64,000 nucleotides of DNA. Source: Pseudomonadota bacterium (GTDB taxonomy: Bacteria; Pseudomonadota; Gammaproteobacteria; Burkholderiales; Gallionellaceae). The translations under genes and the position numbers were made by a program. Shown piece after piece: positions 1 through 8,061 of the stretch. Where the stretch lies: contig JAZJXX010000019.1 of the NCBI GenBank assembly GCA_040390665.1, positions 76,254 through 140,253 of the forward strand, read 5' to 3'. Positions within the stretch are counted from its first letter, which is position 1. Every line of letters starts with the position of its first letter. The notes beneath the pieces are model-generated. The model ran no database searches. It was not told where the DNA came from and was given only the letters and a program-made list of their open reading frames with translations.

Positions 1-411
1 AAATTTATCGGTTTTGACGTATATCGCACCTATTACAATGAGTAGCACGCCGAGTGCAATTAAATAGCGCTCGCTTGTGAGATTGAAGCTAATTAAGGGA
101 ATGATAGAGGTAGTCAGAAATGCCAAATGTTCATAGCTGATGTCTTCGACTGACGTTATGGTAACCGGGATGGACTTACTTCCAGCGATTTTGTATTCGA
201 ATCTAAAATAGTAGAAGGCACTAAGCAATCCGAAAAATAAAGCTATGAGAGGAACAATATTTCGCTTTCCTAGGTTAGTTAAACCGATGAATTCGCAGTT
301 ATAATCAAAACAAAAAGGAATGTCGAGAGTGACAATAATGATTAGCAGAAATAGCAACCAAAGGGAGATAACATATAGCTCAAACTTCTCAAGTGTTCTG
401 TTTGTTGTCAT
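1..411 (-). CDS. kwaA: Kiwa anti-phage membrane protein KwaA-like (3' end runs off the window; not in ORF track)
   Basis: My translation from ATG 411: MTTNRTLEKFELYVISLWLLFLLIIIVTLDIPFCFDYNCEFIG...VEDISYEHLAFLTTSIIPLISFNLTSERYLIALGVLLIVIGAIYVKTDKF. 137 open codons, several TM segments, and LYxxSLWLLF / YEHLxFL / IYVKTD motifs that I recognise from KwaA. Confidence 0.75.
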   Translation of the reverse strand, partial: MTTNRTLEKFELYVISLWLLFLLIIIVTLDIPFCFDYNCEFIGLTNLGKRNIVPLIALFFGLLSAFYYFRFEYKIAGSKSIPVTITSVEDISYEHLAFLTTSIIPLISFNLTSERYLIALGVLLIVIGAIYVKTDKF

Positions 412-556
412 GTACTCGTCTCTTAGAGCTCTACGTGAGATGCTTAGTAATCATTGCCGCTACTTCTTCAGATTTATGATTTCCGGACAATCTAACACTC
501 CCCTATTCAGAATTTGAGTGTGGCTATTTTAGGAATGCTTGCTCCTGGAGTTATCA

Positions 557-686
557 TTTTACATATATGCCCACTTTGCCCGGAGAGTTAGTGCCCTCAA
601 TTGGCGAGTCTTACTTGCTAAACCACCGCCGATAACCTAAACCGCAATCAGCTCGCTTTTTGGCTTTGGGTGATTCCCGCCGTACA
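557..686. repeat. Copy A of ~130-bp imperfect direct repeat (relic of repressor 3' end plus downstream DNA)
   Basis: Aligns by eye with 1811-1942 (shared ccctcaattgg, ctaaaccaccgccgat, accgcaatcagctcgc, tttttggctttggg); retains codons for V.RE.PKAKK with a frameshift. Confidence 0.9.
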
Positions 687-742
687 CATATGAGATGAAC
701 GGCGGCCCGAAAGGCGCGAAGCGGTCTTTGGAACGTCCGCCC
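684..742 (-). repeat. Possible truncated attC remnant
   Basis: Minus strand gggcggacgttccaaagaccgcttcgcgcctttcgggccgccgttcatctcatatgt: attC-like hairpin interior directly after the attC1 R' site, but both boxes are damaged. Confidence 0.3.
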
Positions 743-808
743 GCATAACGTGGCGTTGAGGCGCCTGCGCGGCTTTTCGCGCAGGTTCTTCGAACGCAGG
801 GTTTATGC
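743..808 (-). repeat. Integron attC site (attC1)
   Basis: Minus strand GCATAAAC-CCTGC-GTTCGAAG-aaCCTGCGCGaaaagcCGCGCAGGcg-CCTCAAC-GCCAC-GTTATGC; R'' overlaps the stop codon of the 803-1303 gene and carries one extra A. Confidence 0.85.
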
Positions 809-1303
809 ATCTGAGCGGACATTAGCGTTGTAGACCTTGGCGTTGATGCCATCAAGGTGACCAACAGTTTTCGCGAACGGGCGCACCCTGCAGTTGAATT
901 CGATATTTCCATCCAGCGCGACGGGATTGTCTTTATAGAGTCTAGCCATTTGGTTGGCATGACCATCCGGGATGGTTCCGCTAATGTAGAACGTGGTGAG
1001 TTCGCCAGAAGAAATGGTCTGCTTTTTCAAGATTAAGGCATCTAGAGTGCCACCACCAAACCAGAACCGAAAGCTCGCGCGATCCAATTCGACGGAGAAC
1101 GGCGAGAGGTTGATGACTTGGAGGTACAGATTGAAATATGCCGTTTGCCCAAGATGGACTTCGGCTGAGTCATGGCGAGGCCGAACGTCGACGTAAATTA
1201 ACTGAGCCAGTCTTTCTTGCGTGAAGTACCGCTTAAGAAGAAAGCCAGGCAGCCGGCGCAACAAGAGCCAGACGCCTTGAATTGGGATGGTCTCAATTAC
1301 CAT
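803..1303 (-). CDS. Hypothetical protein (166 aa), integron cassette gene
   Basis: ORF fills the space between attC2 R' and attC1 R''; beta-rich sequence with no family I recognise. Confidence 0.85.
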   Translation of the reverse strand: MVIETIPIQGVWLLLRRLPGFLLKRYFTQERLAQLIYVDVRPRHDSAEVHLGQTAYFNLYLQVINLSPFSVELDRASFRFWFGGGTLDALILKKQTISSGELTTFYISGTIPDGHANQMARLYKDNPVALDGNIEFNCRVRPFAKTVGHLDGINAKVYNANVRSDA

Positions 1304-1322
1304 TTGCGGTCACCAAAAAGAT

Positions 1323-1385
1323 GCATAACGTGGAGCTAAGGGCTGCGCCGCTTTTGCGCAGTCCGGCTTGAGCGTAGGGTTAGGC
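1323..1385 (-). repeat. Integron attC site (attC2)
   Basis: Minus strand GCCTAAC-CCTAC-GCTCAAGC-cggactgcgcaaaagcggcgcagc-CCTTAGC-TCCAC-GTTATGC: canonical R''/L''/L'/R' boxes, spacers and two extrahelical bases. Confidence 0.92.
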
Positions 1386-1439
1386 TCATTGAACGCCATG
1401 CGCCAACACTCAAGCTTTAGCAGTGCAATAAACGGGCAG

Positions 1440-1700
1440 TCACTCTTTGCTTTCCAACGCGTCTGCAATTCGAGACAGAATGTCACCGAAGCCGCCCATT
1501 TGTTCGTCATGATAGTCACCAGCCAAAGACAAAATTGAGTTTTTGCGCTCCATTTCTAGCACGCGTTTTGCCTCGATTACAGATTCGATAGTTATTGAGT
1601 GTTTTTTTGCCATTTTTGCAGCCTCTGCAAGAAATGCATCGAGATAATCGTGTTGAACGGAGTAGGAATCTCTTGTAGGTTGACTTCCTAGTACAGCCAT
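1440..1700 (-). CDS. Hypothetical protein (86 aa, acidic/helical), possibly a cassette gene
   Basis: GGAG SD before ATG 1700 (MAVLGSQPTRDSY...); the track's upstream extension to 1853 is unlikely; stop lies 55 nt before attC2. Confidence 0.75.
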   Translation of the reverse strand: MAVLGSQPTRDSYSVQHDYLDAFLAEAAKMAKKHSITIESVIEAKRVLEMERKNSILSLAGDYHDEQMGGFGDILSRIADALESKE

Positions 1701-1810
1701 ATTAATTACTCCTAAGCGTGAAATTGATGAGACCAAAGTAAAATAGATGGCAAAACCTCCTGATATTCTGGAATGGTTCGCCGCATATTCCGTTGTATTT
1801 CTAATTATTG

Positions 1811-1942
1811 TTTCACATCGATGCCTACTTGCCCGAGAGTCTAGCGCCCTCAATTGGTGAGTCTTTACTTTCTAAACCACCGCCGATAAACCTTAACCGC
1901 AATCAGCTCGCCTTTTTGGCTTTGGGCAATTCCCGCTGTACA
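1811..1942. repeat. Copy B of ~130-bp imperfect direct repeat
   Basis: Covers the last ~13 codons of the intact repressor and ~90 nt downstream of it. Confidence 0.9.
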
Positions 1943-2175
1943 TCTTCTACTTCTGGATGTTTTTGTTTGACCACTTCGTCGCTTAACAGATAAGCCGCGT
2001 ATTCAGGCCACGCCTGCGCAATGGCGATGAGGATGCCCGCTTTCGGTTCTCTATTTCCTTGCTCTATTCCTATTAGCGTACCTTTGGGGATTCCGGTTTT
2101 ATCGACGAACTCCTGCCTGCCCATCCCCAGGGCTTCGCGCACATTTCTTATTTTTTCACCAATAGGGGTTGACAT
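1903..2175 (-). CDS. XRE-family HTH phage repressor (Pf4r/RstR-like position)
   Basis: GEKIRNVREALGMGRQEFVDKTGIPKGTLIGIEQG HTH; divergent from the phage late genes. Confidence 0.9.
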   Translation of the reverse strand: MSTPIGEKIRNVREALGMGRQEFVDKTGIPKGTLIGIEQGNREPKAGILIAIAQAWPEYAAYLLSDEVVKQKHPEVEDVQRELPKAKKAS

Positions 2176-2204
2176 GAACTTTCCGTATATGGTTATATCT
2201 CAAC

Positions 2205-2218
2205 TGTCATATATGACA
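2205..2218. promoter_or_regulatory. Candidate repressor operator
   Basis: Perfect 14-bp palindrome TGTCATATATGACA in the divergent promoter region, with a related CCGTATATGG about 20 nt to the left. Confidence 0.55.
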
Positions 2219-2263
2219 AAACAGGTATAGTTCAATATAGTGCTGCAACAACAGGAGCCGATT

Positions 2264-2494
2264 ATGAACGCCACATCCGAACCCGGTCAATTCACCCCTG
2301 AGCTGCTCGCTCAATCCCTTGCACTCCCTCTAATCGCACGCGAACGTTTCGCAGAACTCTGTGGCGTCTCCGACGGCGTCGTCCAAGGCTGGATTGCACG
2401 CGGTTATTTACCCGTCTATGAAATCGGCAAATACCGCTTGGTCAACCTGACCCTGCTGCATCAAATGGCCTTGAACAAGGCACCGTGGCTATGA
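2264..2494 (+). CDS. Excisionase/activator-like DNA-binding protein (XisF4-like)
   Basis: AGGAG SD; RERFAELCGV...VQGWIARGYLP..EIGKYRLVNL motif; sits opposite the repressor as in Pf phages. Confidence 0.8.
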   Translation: MNATSEPGQFTPELLAQSLALPLIARERFAELCGVSDGVVQGWIARGYLPVYEIGKYRLVNLTLLHQMALNKAPWL

Positions 2495-2715
2495 ACACCC
2501 CTCAGCCACCCGCCAAAGTACATCTCTCCATCGGCCACGACCGCTCCCTGTGCGGCCTCGCCCCGAAGAACGGCCCGTACCGCATCGTCTCACAATACAA
2601 CCTTTTCACCGCATCCGAAACCAATCAATGCGGTAAATGCATCGAAGCCCTCAAACGTCGCGGCTACACCCTCCCGCAGAAGCCCTCTGCAGCCCGTCAC
2701 CAACCCGCACGCTAA
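2491..2715 (+). CDS. Phage hypothetical protein, possible Zn-binding
   Basis: ATGA overlap with the previous gene; H..CG and CxxC residues. Confidence 0.65.
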   Translation: MNTPQPPAKVHLSIGHDRSLCGLAPKNGPYRIVSQYNLFTASETNQCGKCIEALKRRGYTLPQKPSAARHQPAR

Positions 2716-2854
2716 AGAGGCCCAATCATGCAAATTTACACCGCCCTGCGGAAGGGCAAAAAAAGTCGGGCGGAGGTAGTAGCACCGCCCGAAGGTCCCA
2801 TCTACGGGAATTTCACCGTCTGAACGGCCCCCTTCAAACCAGAGATTCCCGACC

Positions 2855-3085
2855 ATGACAAAACGGCCCGAATTTACCCACAAACCCGCTTCAGAAAAAC
2901 TCATTCTGTTGCGTAACGACCTCGACCAAACCGCCGACCGGCTGCAAACCCTGCGCGACCACCTCGCCTTGTGTACCGAAGACCCGATCCTCCAATCCGA
3001 TCCGCTGACTGCTGCCATCAAGTCCGCTGACACAGCGCAAAGCGCTATCGAAGAAACCCGCCTGCATCTGGCTGGAATACGGTAA
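2855..3085 (+). CDS. Phage hypothetical coiled-coil protein
   Basis: 76-aa ORF; TAATG overlap with rep. Confidence 0.6.
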   Translation: MTKRPEFTHKPASEKLILLRNDLDQTADRLQTLRDHLALCTEDPILQSDPLTAAIKSADTAQSAIEETRLHLAGIR

Positions 3086-4335
3086 TGGGCATCGACACCG
3101 TGAAACTTCGTTCCCCCTCACTAGATGCCGAACTTGCCGACAGGTTGGAGCGCCTCTCCATCCTCAAGCAAGGTATCGATCTTTTCTCCGGCGAAGAACT
3201 CTGGAACATCACCACCGGCGAACTGGACGGCAGCTATGACAGCCGCATCAGCTTTCGCGTCATGCGCGAAGACTTCGTCTGCGACAAAAACGGCACACCC
3301 CATCTGCAACCGTGCGACCCGTACATCACTGTCGAAGCCTCCTGGCCCAAAGTCTTCCACGGTCAGAACGTCTACGGCACCATAGACCACTTTCAGGACT
3401 CGGCCGAATGGTTCGTTGAAGTCCTGCAAAGCCTGTTCGGTCTGGCCGACGACGAACTGCCCTACGCCAAACACTGGGAAGTGCGCCGCATCGACTGGGC
3501 GGAAATGTTCGACCTGCCGCAGGCGGCTATCGGCGACTTCTTCCGCTGCTTCTCCGCCTGCAAATTCCCGCGCCGGGGCAAAAAAACCGCCAAGCATGGT
3601 GATCACTCCATGCACTTTCCCGGATCCACAACCACCTTGCGCCTCTATCACAAAGGCCCTGAATTCAAAGAACACGACCAAGCCAGAATCAAGCAATCCT
3701 TCGTCAAATACTTCCGCGAACGCTTCGAGCTCATGCCCATTGATGAAATCTACAAACTCACCAACCGCAAAGTAAAAGCCTTGCAACGACTCGCCGACCG
3801 CCGCCTGCGCTGTGAAGTCCAGATCAACGCCAGAAAACTTCAGGACGACTTCGCCGCGCAACTCATCGCCGAAGGCAAAGACCGCAAATACCCCAAGGTC
3901 TCCGAAATCACCGACGAGTACCTCATCAACATCTACCAGACCGAAATGCAAAAACTCCTCAAGGAAGGGAAATCCGACATGGACACCGTACGCAACCACG
4001 ACGCCGTAAGAAACCGCCTGATCAGCCTATACGGCAAACGCACCGCTCAACTCCTCATGGCCTTCTGGATGAATCTGGCCGCGCAGGGCGAAGACATCGC
4101 CAAAGACATGTACTCAAAATCGCGCTACTACGCCAACCGAAAAAAACTTATGGACGCCGGAGTTTCCTGGCATGCCTCCAACATCTACATCCTGCCGCCG
4201 CAATCGCTCCTGCCGGTGGACTTCCAACCCTTGCGCAACTCAGCGCGCATTTGCCAATTTCCGATCAGGCCCAGCTCGCTGCTCAACCTGTGCCCAACGG
4301 AATACCAGCAAGCCGTCACCCGTAGGGCGGCTTAA
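3085..4335 (+). CDS. Rolling-circle replication initiator, phage/plasmid gene II/X family
   Basis: N-terminal GIDTVKLRSP, plus RRIDWA and LYHKGPEF motifs typical of the family; position before SSB. Confidence 0.9.
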   Translation: MGIDTVKLRSPSLDAELADRLERLSILKQGIDLFSGEELWNITTGELDGSYDSRISFRVMREDFVCDKNGTPHLQPCDPYITVEASWPKVFHGQNVYGTIDHFQDSAEWFVEVLQSLFGLADDELPYAKHWEVRRIDWAEMFDLPQAAIGDFFRCFSACKFPRRGKKTAKHGDHSMHFPGSTTTLRLYHKGPEFKEHDQARIKQSFVKYFRERFELMPIDEIYKLTNRKVKALQRLADRRLRCEVQINARKLQDDFAAQLIAEGKDRKYPKVSEITDEYLINIYQTEMQKLLKEGKSDMDTVRNHDAVRNRLISLYGKRTAQLLMAFWMNLAAQGEDIAKDMYSKSRYYANRKKLMDAGVSWHASNIYILPPQSLLPVDFQPLRNSARICQFPIRPSSLLNLCPTEYQQAVTRRAA

Positions 4336-4364
4336 CCCACCACCAACCTTTGAAAGGAACCGTC

Positions 4365-4718
4365 ATGAACCAACCGCAAACCCAAGCCCCCGCAGTTACC
4401 CCAATGCCAGCTAAATCCCACACGCTGGCGTTAGCGCAAACCTATTTGCAGGGCCGCATCGTCTATATCCGCACCAAAAAAACCGACAACGGCCGCTTGT
4501 TCTTAACCATCCTCAAAATACCCGCTGTCGACCAATTCAGCCATCCGGCCACCGTAGAAGTTTCCAGCAACGAGAAACTCGGCGAGATCAACGACGACTG
4601 GAAAGGCGTCTGCCAGATTACCGGCTATCCACGAACCTACGACGGCAAACCAGATCCTGAAACAGGGGAAATACGAACCATGCGCACAGCGACCATCTCC
4701 CTGCGCGTGGTCGAATAA
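4365..4718 (+). CDS. Single-stranded DNA-binding protein (pV equivalent)
   Basis: AAGGA SD; beta-rich OB-fold-like 117 aa between rep and coat; GEIR near the C-terminus. Confidence 0.75.
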   Translation: MNQPQTQAPAVTPMPAKSHTLALAQTYLQGRIVYIRTKKTDNGRLFLTILKIPAVDQFSHPATVEVSSNEKLGEINDDWKGVCQITGYPRTYDGKPDPETGEIRTMRTATISLRVVE

Positions 4719-4793
4719 ATTTTTCAGCTTACTGGATTGGGGACACTTCCCCGAGGCGACCGGGCGCTACCCGGAAATCGAAAGGAGAAAGTC

Positions 4794-4985
4794 ATGAAAC
4801 GCAATACAAAACGCGCACTGGCAGCACTGGGCACCGCACTACCTACACTGTCGTTCGCCGATGTACCGACGAACGTCAGCACGGCCATAACCAGTGCCGG
4901 AACTGATGCAGCCGCAGCAGCCGGATTGGTGTTGGTGGCCATTGTCGGCATCTTCGCCGTGAAGTTGATCCGCAAGGGTCTGTAA
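4794..4985 (+). CDS. Major coat protein (pVIII)
   Basis: AGGAG SD; signal peptide ending SFA, Ala-rich amphipathic helix, TM helix and basic tail KLIRKGL. Confidence 0.9.
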   Translation: MKRNTKRALAALGTALPTLSFADVPTNVSTAITSAGTDAAAAAGLVLVAIVGIFAVKLIRKGL

Positions 4986-4986
4986 T

Positions 4987-5334
4987 ATGGGCGGCTATTC
5001 GGTGAACGGTATCTGCTACGCCTCGACGCAAGAGGCGGTGGACGCTTATTACTCGAATAGCCATCCTCAAATAATCCAGACGCCAACCGCCGTTTTCAAA
5101 GTCCAGTACCTGCAAACTGCGGGCGCTTGGCAAAGTGTTCAGGAGACAGTGTCCGGGAGCGGCGAAACCACCGCCGTGACCGTCGCGCCCGCTCCGGTCA
5201 ATGTGTATGGAGCATGTTCGCTGCCCAACTCCAGCTATGAGAATTTTTCAGACGGCCAGACGCTCGGCTGGGGCGTCGCCTCGGCGCTCACCGCCACGTT
5301 TGCAATCATGCTGCTCAGAAAGGTCTTCCCATGA
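4987..5334 (+). CDS. Inovirus virion-associated protein with C-terminal TM
   Basis: GYSVNGICY N-terminus; GWGVA..L...FAIMLLRK membrane tail. Confidence 0.75.
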   Translation: MGGYSVNGICYASTQEAVDAYYSNSHPQIIQTPTAVFKVQYLQTAGAWQSVQETVSGSGETTAVTVAPAPVNVYGACSLPNSSYENFSDGQTLGWGVASALTATFAIMLLRKVFP

Positions 5335-5405
5335 ATATCACGGATGTTTATACCCTTGCCGGGTTTCTGATCATCGTCCTGCCTTTCTGGATGATGATGA
5401 AATGA
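5331..5405 (+). CDS. 24-aa hydrophobic minor coat protein (pVII/pIX-like)
   Basis: MNITDVYTLAGFLIIVLPFWMMMK; ATGA overlaps on both sides; below the ORF-track cutoff. Confidence 0.65.
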   Translation: MNITDVYTLAGFLIIVLPFWMMMK

Positions 5406-6736
5406 AGATCATCATTGCCCGCCTGATGCTCCCGCTCTTTACCCTATTTACAATTATGACCCCGTACAGAGTAGTGCAAGCGGTAGTCATTCCGTTTCCT
5501 GCTGTGCCGCTCGCGGTCGAAGCGGTTACCCAAGCGGGTGCCGTTGTAGCGATGTCTAACCCGCTGGCGCTGGGGACCGTATTGGCACTGGGCGTCATCG
5601 CCTATTTCGTGCTGCGCGATAGTTCCAAATCTTCCGACCTGGCTAAAATTCCTGCGGGTAAGGCCGCAGGCAACGCGATAGCTGCTCCGACTGCGCCCGG
5701 CTCAACAAGTCAAATTCCTGGCGCACGTAAATGGTTTGTGAACACCGGCTGTTTGGGTGGCGTAACCCACACCGGTTTTTCGACCGGAGCCGCCGCATTC
5801 ACAGACTATGTCCAAACGATCAATACAGTCTCGGCATGTACCGGGAATGGCGCTTATAAATATTCAGTTTGCGATGCTGAGCAATCGACCGTGACGTATT
5901 CATATAATGGCGGACCTCAAGTTGCCTGCCATTCCCCCACGGGCGTTTTCTTTAGTCAGGAACCGACGACGTGCCCGAGCGGATATGCCATGAGCGGCAA
6001 TTCCTGCACGCTTACCAATGCCTATCAAGCCAACCCTAATGCTTCAGTAGACTTCAACCGCTCGGGTGAAACCTTCGGACAGCCCGCCGGAGCCCCCACT
6101 AAAAAGGGCGGTATAGCACCGCTGACCACTACTACAAGTACATCGAACGACACTATTTACCAGTCCGGCAAGGACGCCAACGGCAATCCGATGGCTGTCA
6201 GCCTGCAGGCTACCGCTGCCGGTACTACGCTAAATGTGCAAACCCAAAAAACCGACGCCAACGGAAACAGCTATGTTTCGAACAATGCCTATAATTTCGA
6301 TCCGGCTGGCGTACCCTTGGGGACGACCCAGAATGCTACTCAGCAAACCTTGGCCCTTGATCCCAATACAGGCCAGTTGCAGGCAGCTCCCGCGCCAGCC
6401 AACACCGCTTCACCGGCAACCTCGCAATCACCGGCGCCTGCCGCATCGCCTACTGACTGCCAGCTTTTTCCTGACGCCTCCGGCTGCCAGCCTCTGGGCG
6501 ACATTCCCGATAATGAATTGCAGCAAAAAAACATTCCCATCTCCATTACCCCGGTCTCGATAGGCGGCGCGGGTGTATGTCCGCAACCAAGGATATTCCA
6601 TGCCGGGGGTCACAATTACACCTTGAGCTATCAGATGATCTGCGATTTCGCATCAGGTGTCCGCCCTGTAATCCTCGCGCTGGCGTGGCTGTTTGCCGGC
6701 ATGACCTTAATCGGAGGAATGCGCTCAAATGGCTAG
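5402..6736 (+). CDS. Adsorption protein pIII-like with TspB-like C-terminus
   Basis: Signal-like N-terminus, Cys-rich Thr/Gly domains, Pro/Ala linker, CP.P...ICDFA..VRPVILALAW anchor. Confidence 0.85.
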   Translation: MKIIIARLMLPLFTLFTIMTPYRVVQAVVIPFPAVPLAVEAVTQAGAVVAMSNPLALGTVLALGVIAYFVLRDSSKSSDLAKIPAGKAAGNAIAAPTAPGSTSQIPGARKWFVNTGCLGGVTHTGFSTGAAAFTDYVQTINTVSACTGNGAYKYSVCDAEQSTVTYSYNGGPQVACHSPTGVFFSQEPTTCPSGYAMSGNSCTLTNAYQANPNASVDFNRSGETFGQPAGAPTKKGGIAPLTTTTSTSNDTIYQSGKDANGNPMAVSLQATAAGTTLNVQTQKTDANGNSYVSNNAYNFDPAGVPLGTTQNATQQTLALDPNTGQLQAAPAPANTASPATSQSPAPAASPTDCQLFPDASGCQPLGDIPDNELQQKNIPISITPVSIGGAGVCPQPRIFHAGGHNYTLSYQMICDFASGVRPVILALAWLFAGMTLIGGMRSNG

Positions 6737-7004
6737 CATTGGCAGCTTTCTGGCAATGATCGCCGCGCCGGTCGCGAAGCGCGTTCTTACCGGATTGGGG
6801 GTAGGTGTCATCACTTACGCGGGTCTCGATTCCGCGCTGGGTGTTATACAAAACGCAGTCATCAACAACCTCGGCGGAATGAGCGGGGACCTAGCCAACT
6901 TCTTTGCTTTGGCCGGGGGCAATCAGGTAATCGGCATTACATTAGGGGCATTGGCTGCGCGGGTGACCATGGCCACGCTTACCAGATTGGGGAGACTGAA
7001 TTGA
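6729..7004 (+). CDS. DUF2523-like minor coat protein (pVI)
   Basis: Hydrophobic 91 aa, LGVGVITYAG motif, between pIII and zot. Confidence 0.85.
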   Translation: MASIGSFLAMIAAPVAKRVLTGLGVGVITYAGLDSALGVIQNAVINNLGGMSGDLANFFALAGGNQVIGITLGALAARVTMATLTRLGRLN

Positions 7005-8044
7005 TCACCGTGATCACCGGAGTTCCCGGCACAGGCAAGAGCGCCCTGATCGTCTCGATGCTTCTCCAGATCGCCAAAACCGGCAGAAAAATCTACGTCG
7101 ATAACATCCCGGAGCTGGCTATCGATCATGAACCGGCTGGGGATATCCTGAAGTGGCCGGATTGGGCGGAGGAGGGTGCGCTAATCGTGATCGACGAGTG
7201 CCAGCGTCATTTCCGCCCGCGTCATTCCAGCGCGGCGGTTCCGCGCCATGTTGCCGAGCTGGAAACGCACCGTCATCGCGGTTTGGATTTCTGGCTGATC
7301 ACACAGCGCCCGGCCTTGATCGAATCAAACATACGCGGCCTGTGTGGCCGCCATATTGCCATACGCAATACCTTCTTCGGTCGCTATACCTATGAGTGGC
7401 CGGAAATGGGCGATGTCGAGAGCGAAACATCGCGTGCGATAGCGGCCAAGGCGCGCTACAAACTGCCCAGGCATGTTTTTTCCTTATATAAAAGCGCGTC
7501 GGTTCATACTAAAACATCGGCCAAGATGCCGACCCCGGCCAAAATTGCCTTGGGATGCCTGGCGTTTTCAATAATCGGCGGTACCTACTTCTATCAACAA
7601 TATGCCGCTCGATTCAGCCATGACAAAAATGCCGTTACAGCGCAGCTTGGTAACGGTGTAGTTCCATCGGTAGCAGTGGTTCCCGCAGCACAGCCAGCAG
7701 GATCGGGGACAGGAGTATTGGGTGAGTCGGTACAGGATTACTTGCCCGCGATCCCGAACCAGCCGGAAACAGCGCCACTATATCGCGCCGTGCGCCAAGT
7801 GGTTGCAATGCCTTGGCCATCAGCCTGTGTCGCTTCTGAAACCCGGTGTCTATGCTATACCTCGCAGGGCACCAGACTGGGCAATATTGATCAGGATGCT
7901 TGCCTGAAGATCGTCACCAATGGCCCACAGTTCAATCCCTACAGGGCGGTAACTGGGGAGCGGGAGGCGCAGCCGACGCACCCAGTATCCGCCGTAGTGG
8001 CGTCAGCATCGGCACCTTCGCCCCCGCTTTTTACTTTCCAGTAA
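7001..8044 (+). CDS. zot: Zot/pI morphogenesis ATPase
   Basis: ITGVPGTGKS Walker A, IVIDECQ Walker B, HRHRG.D..LITQ, TM segment. Confidence 0.95.
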   Translation: MITVITGVPGTGKSALIVSMLLQIAKTGRKIYVDNIPELAIDHEPAGDILKWPDWAEEGALIVIDECQRHFRPRHSSAAVPRHVAELETHRHRGLDFWLITQRPALIESNIRGLCGRHIAIRNTFFGRYTYEWPEMGDVESETSRAIAAKARYKLPRHVFSLYKSASVHTKTSAKMPTPAKIALGCLAFSIIGGTYFYQQYAARFSHDKNAVTAQLGNGVVPSVAVVPAAQPAGSGTGVLGESVQDYLPAIPNQPETAPLYRAVRQVVAMPWPSACVASETRCLCYTSQGTRLGNIDQDACLKIVTNGPQFNPYRAVTGEREAQPTHPVSAVVASASAPSPPLFTFQ

Positions 8045-8061
8045 TTTTCCGCGTGCATAAA

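Noticed and set aside
637-966. 109-aa ORF and similar ORFs (1310-1519) crossing attC sites
   Set aside because: Read-through of GC-rich attC hairpins and antisense to real genes.
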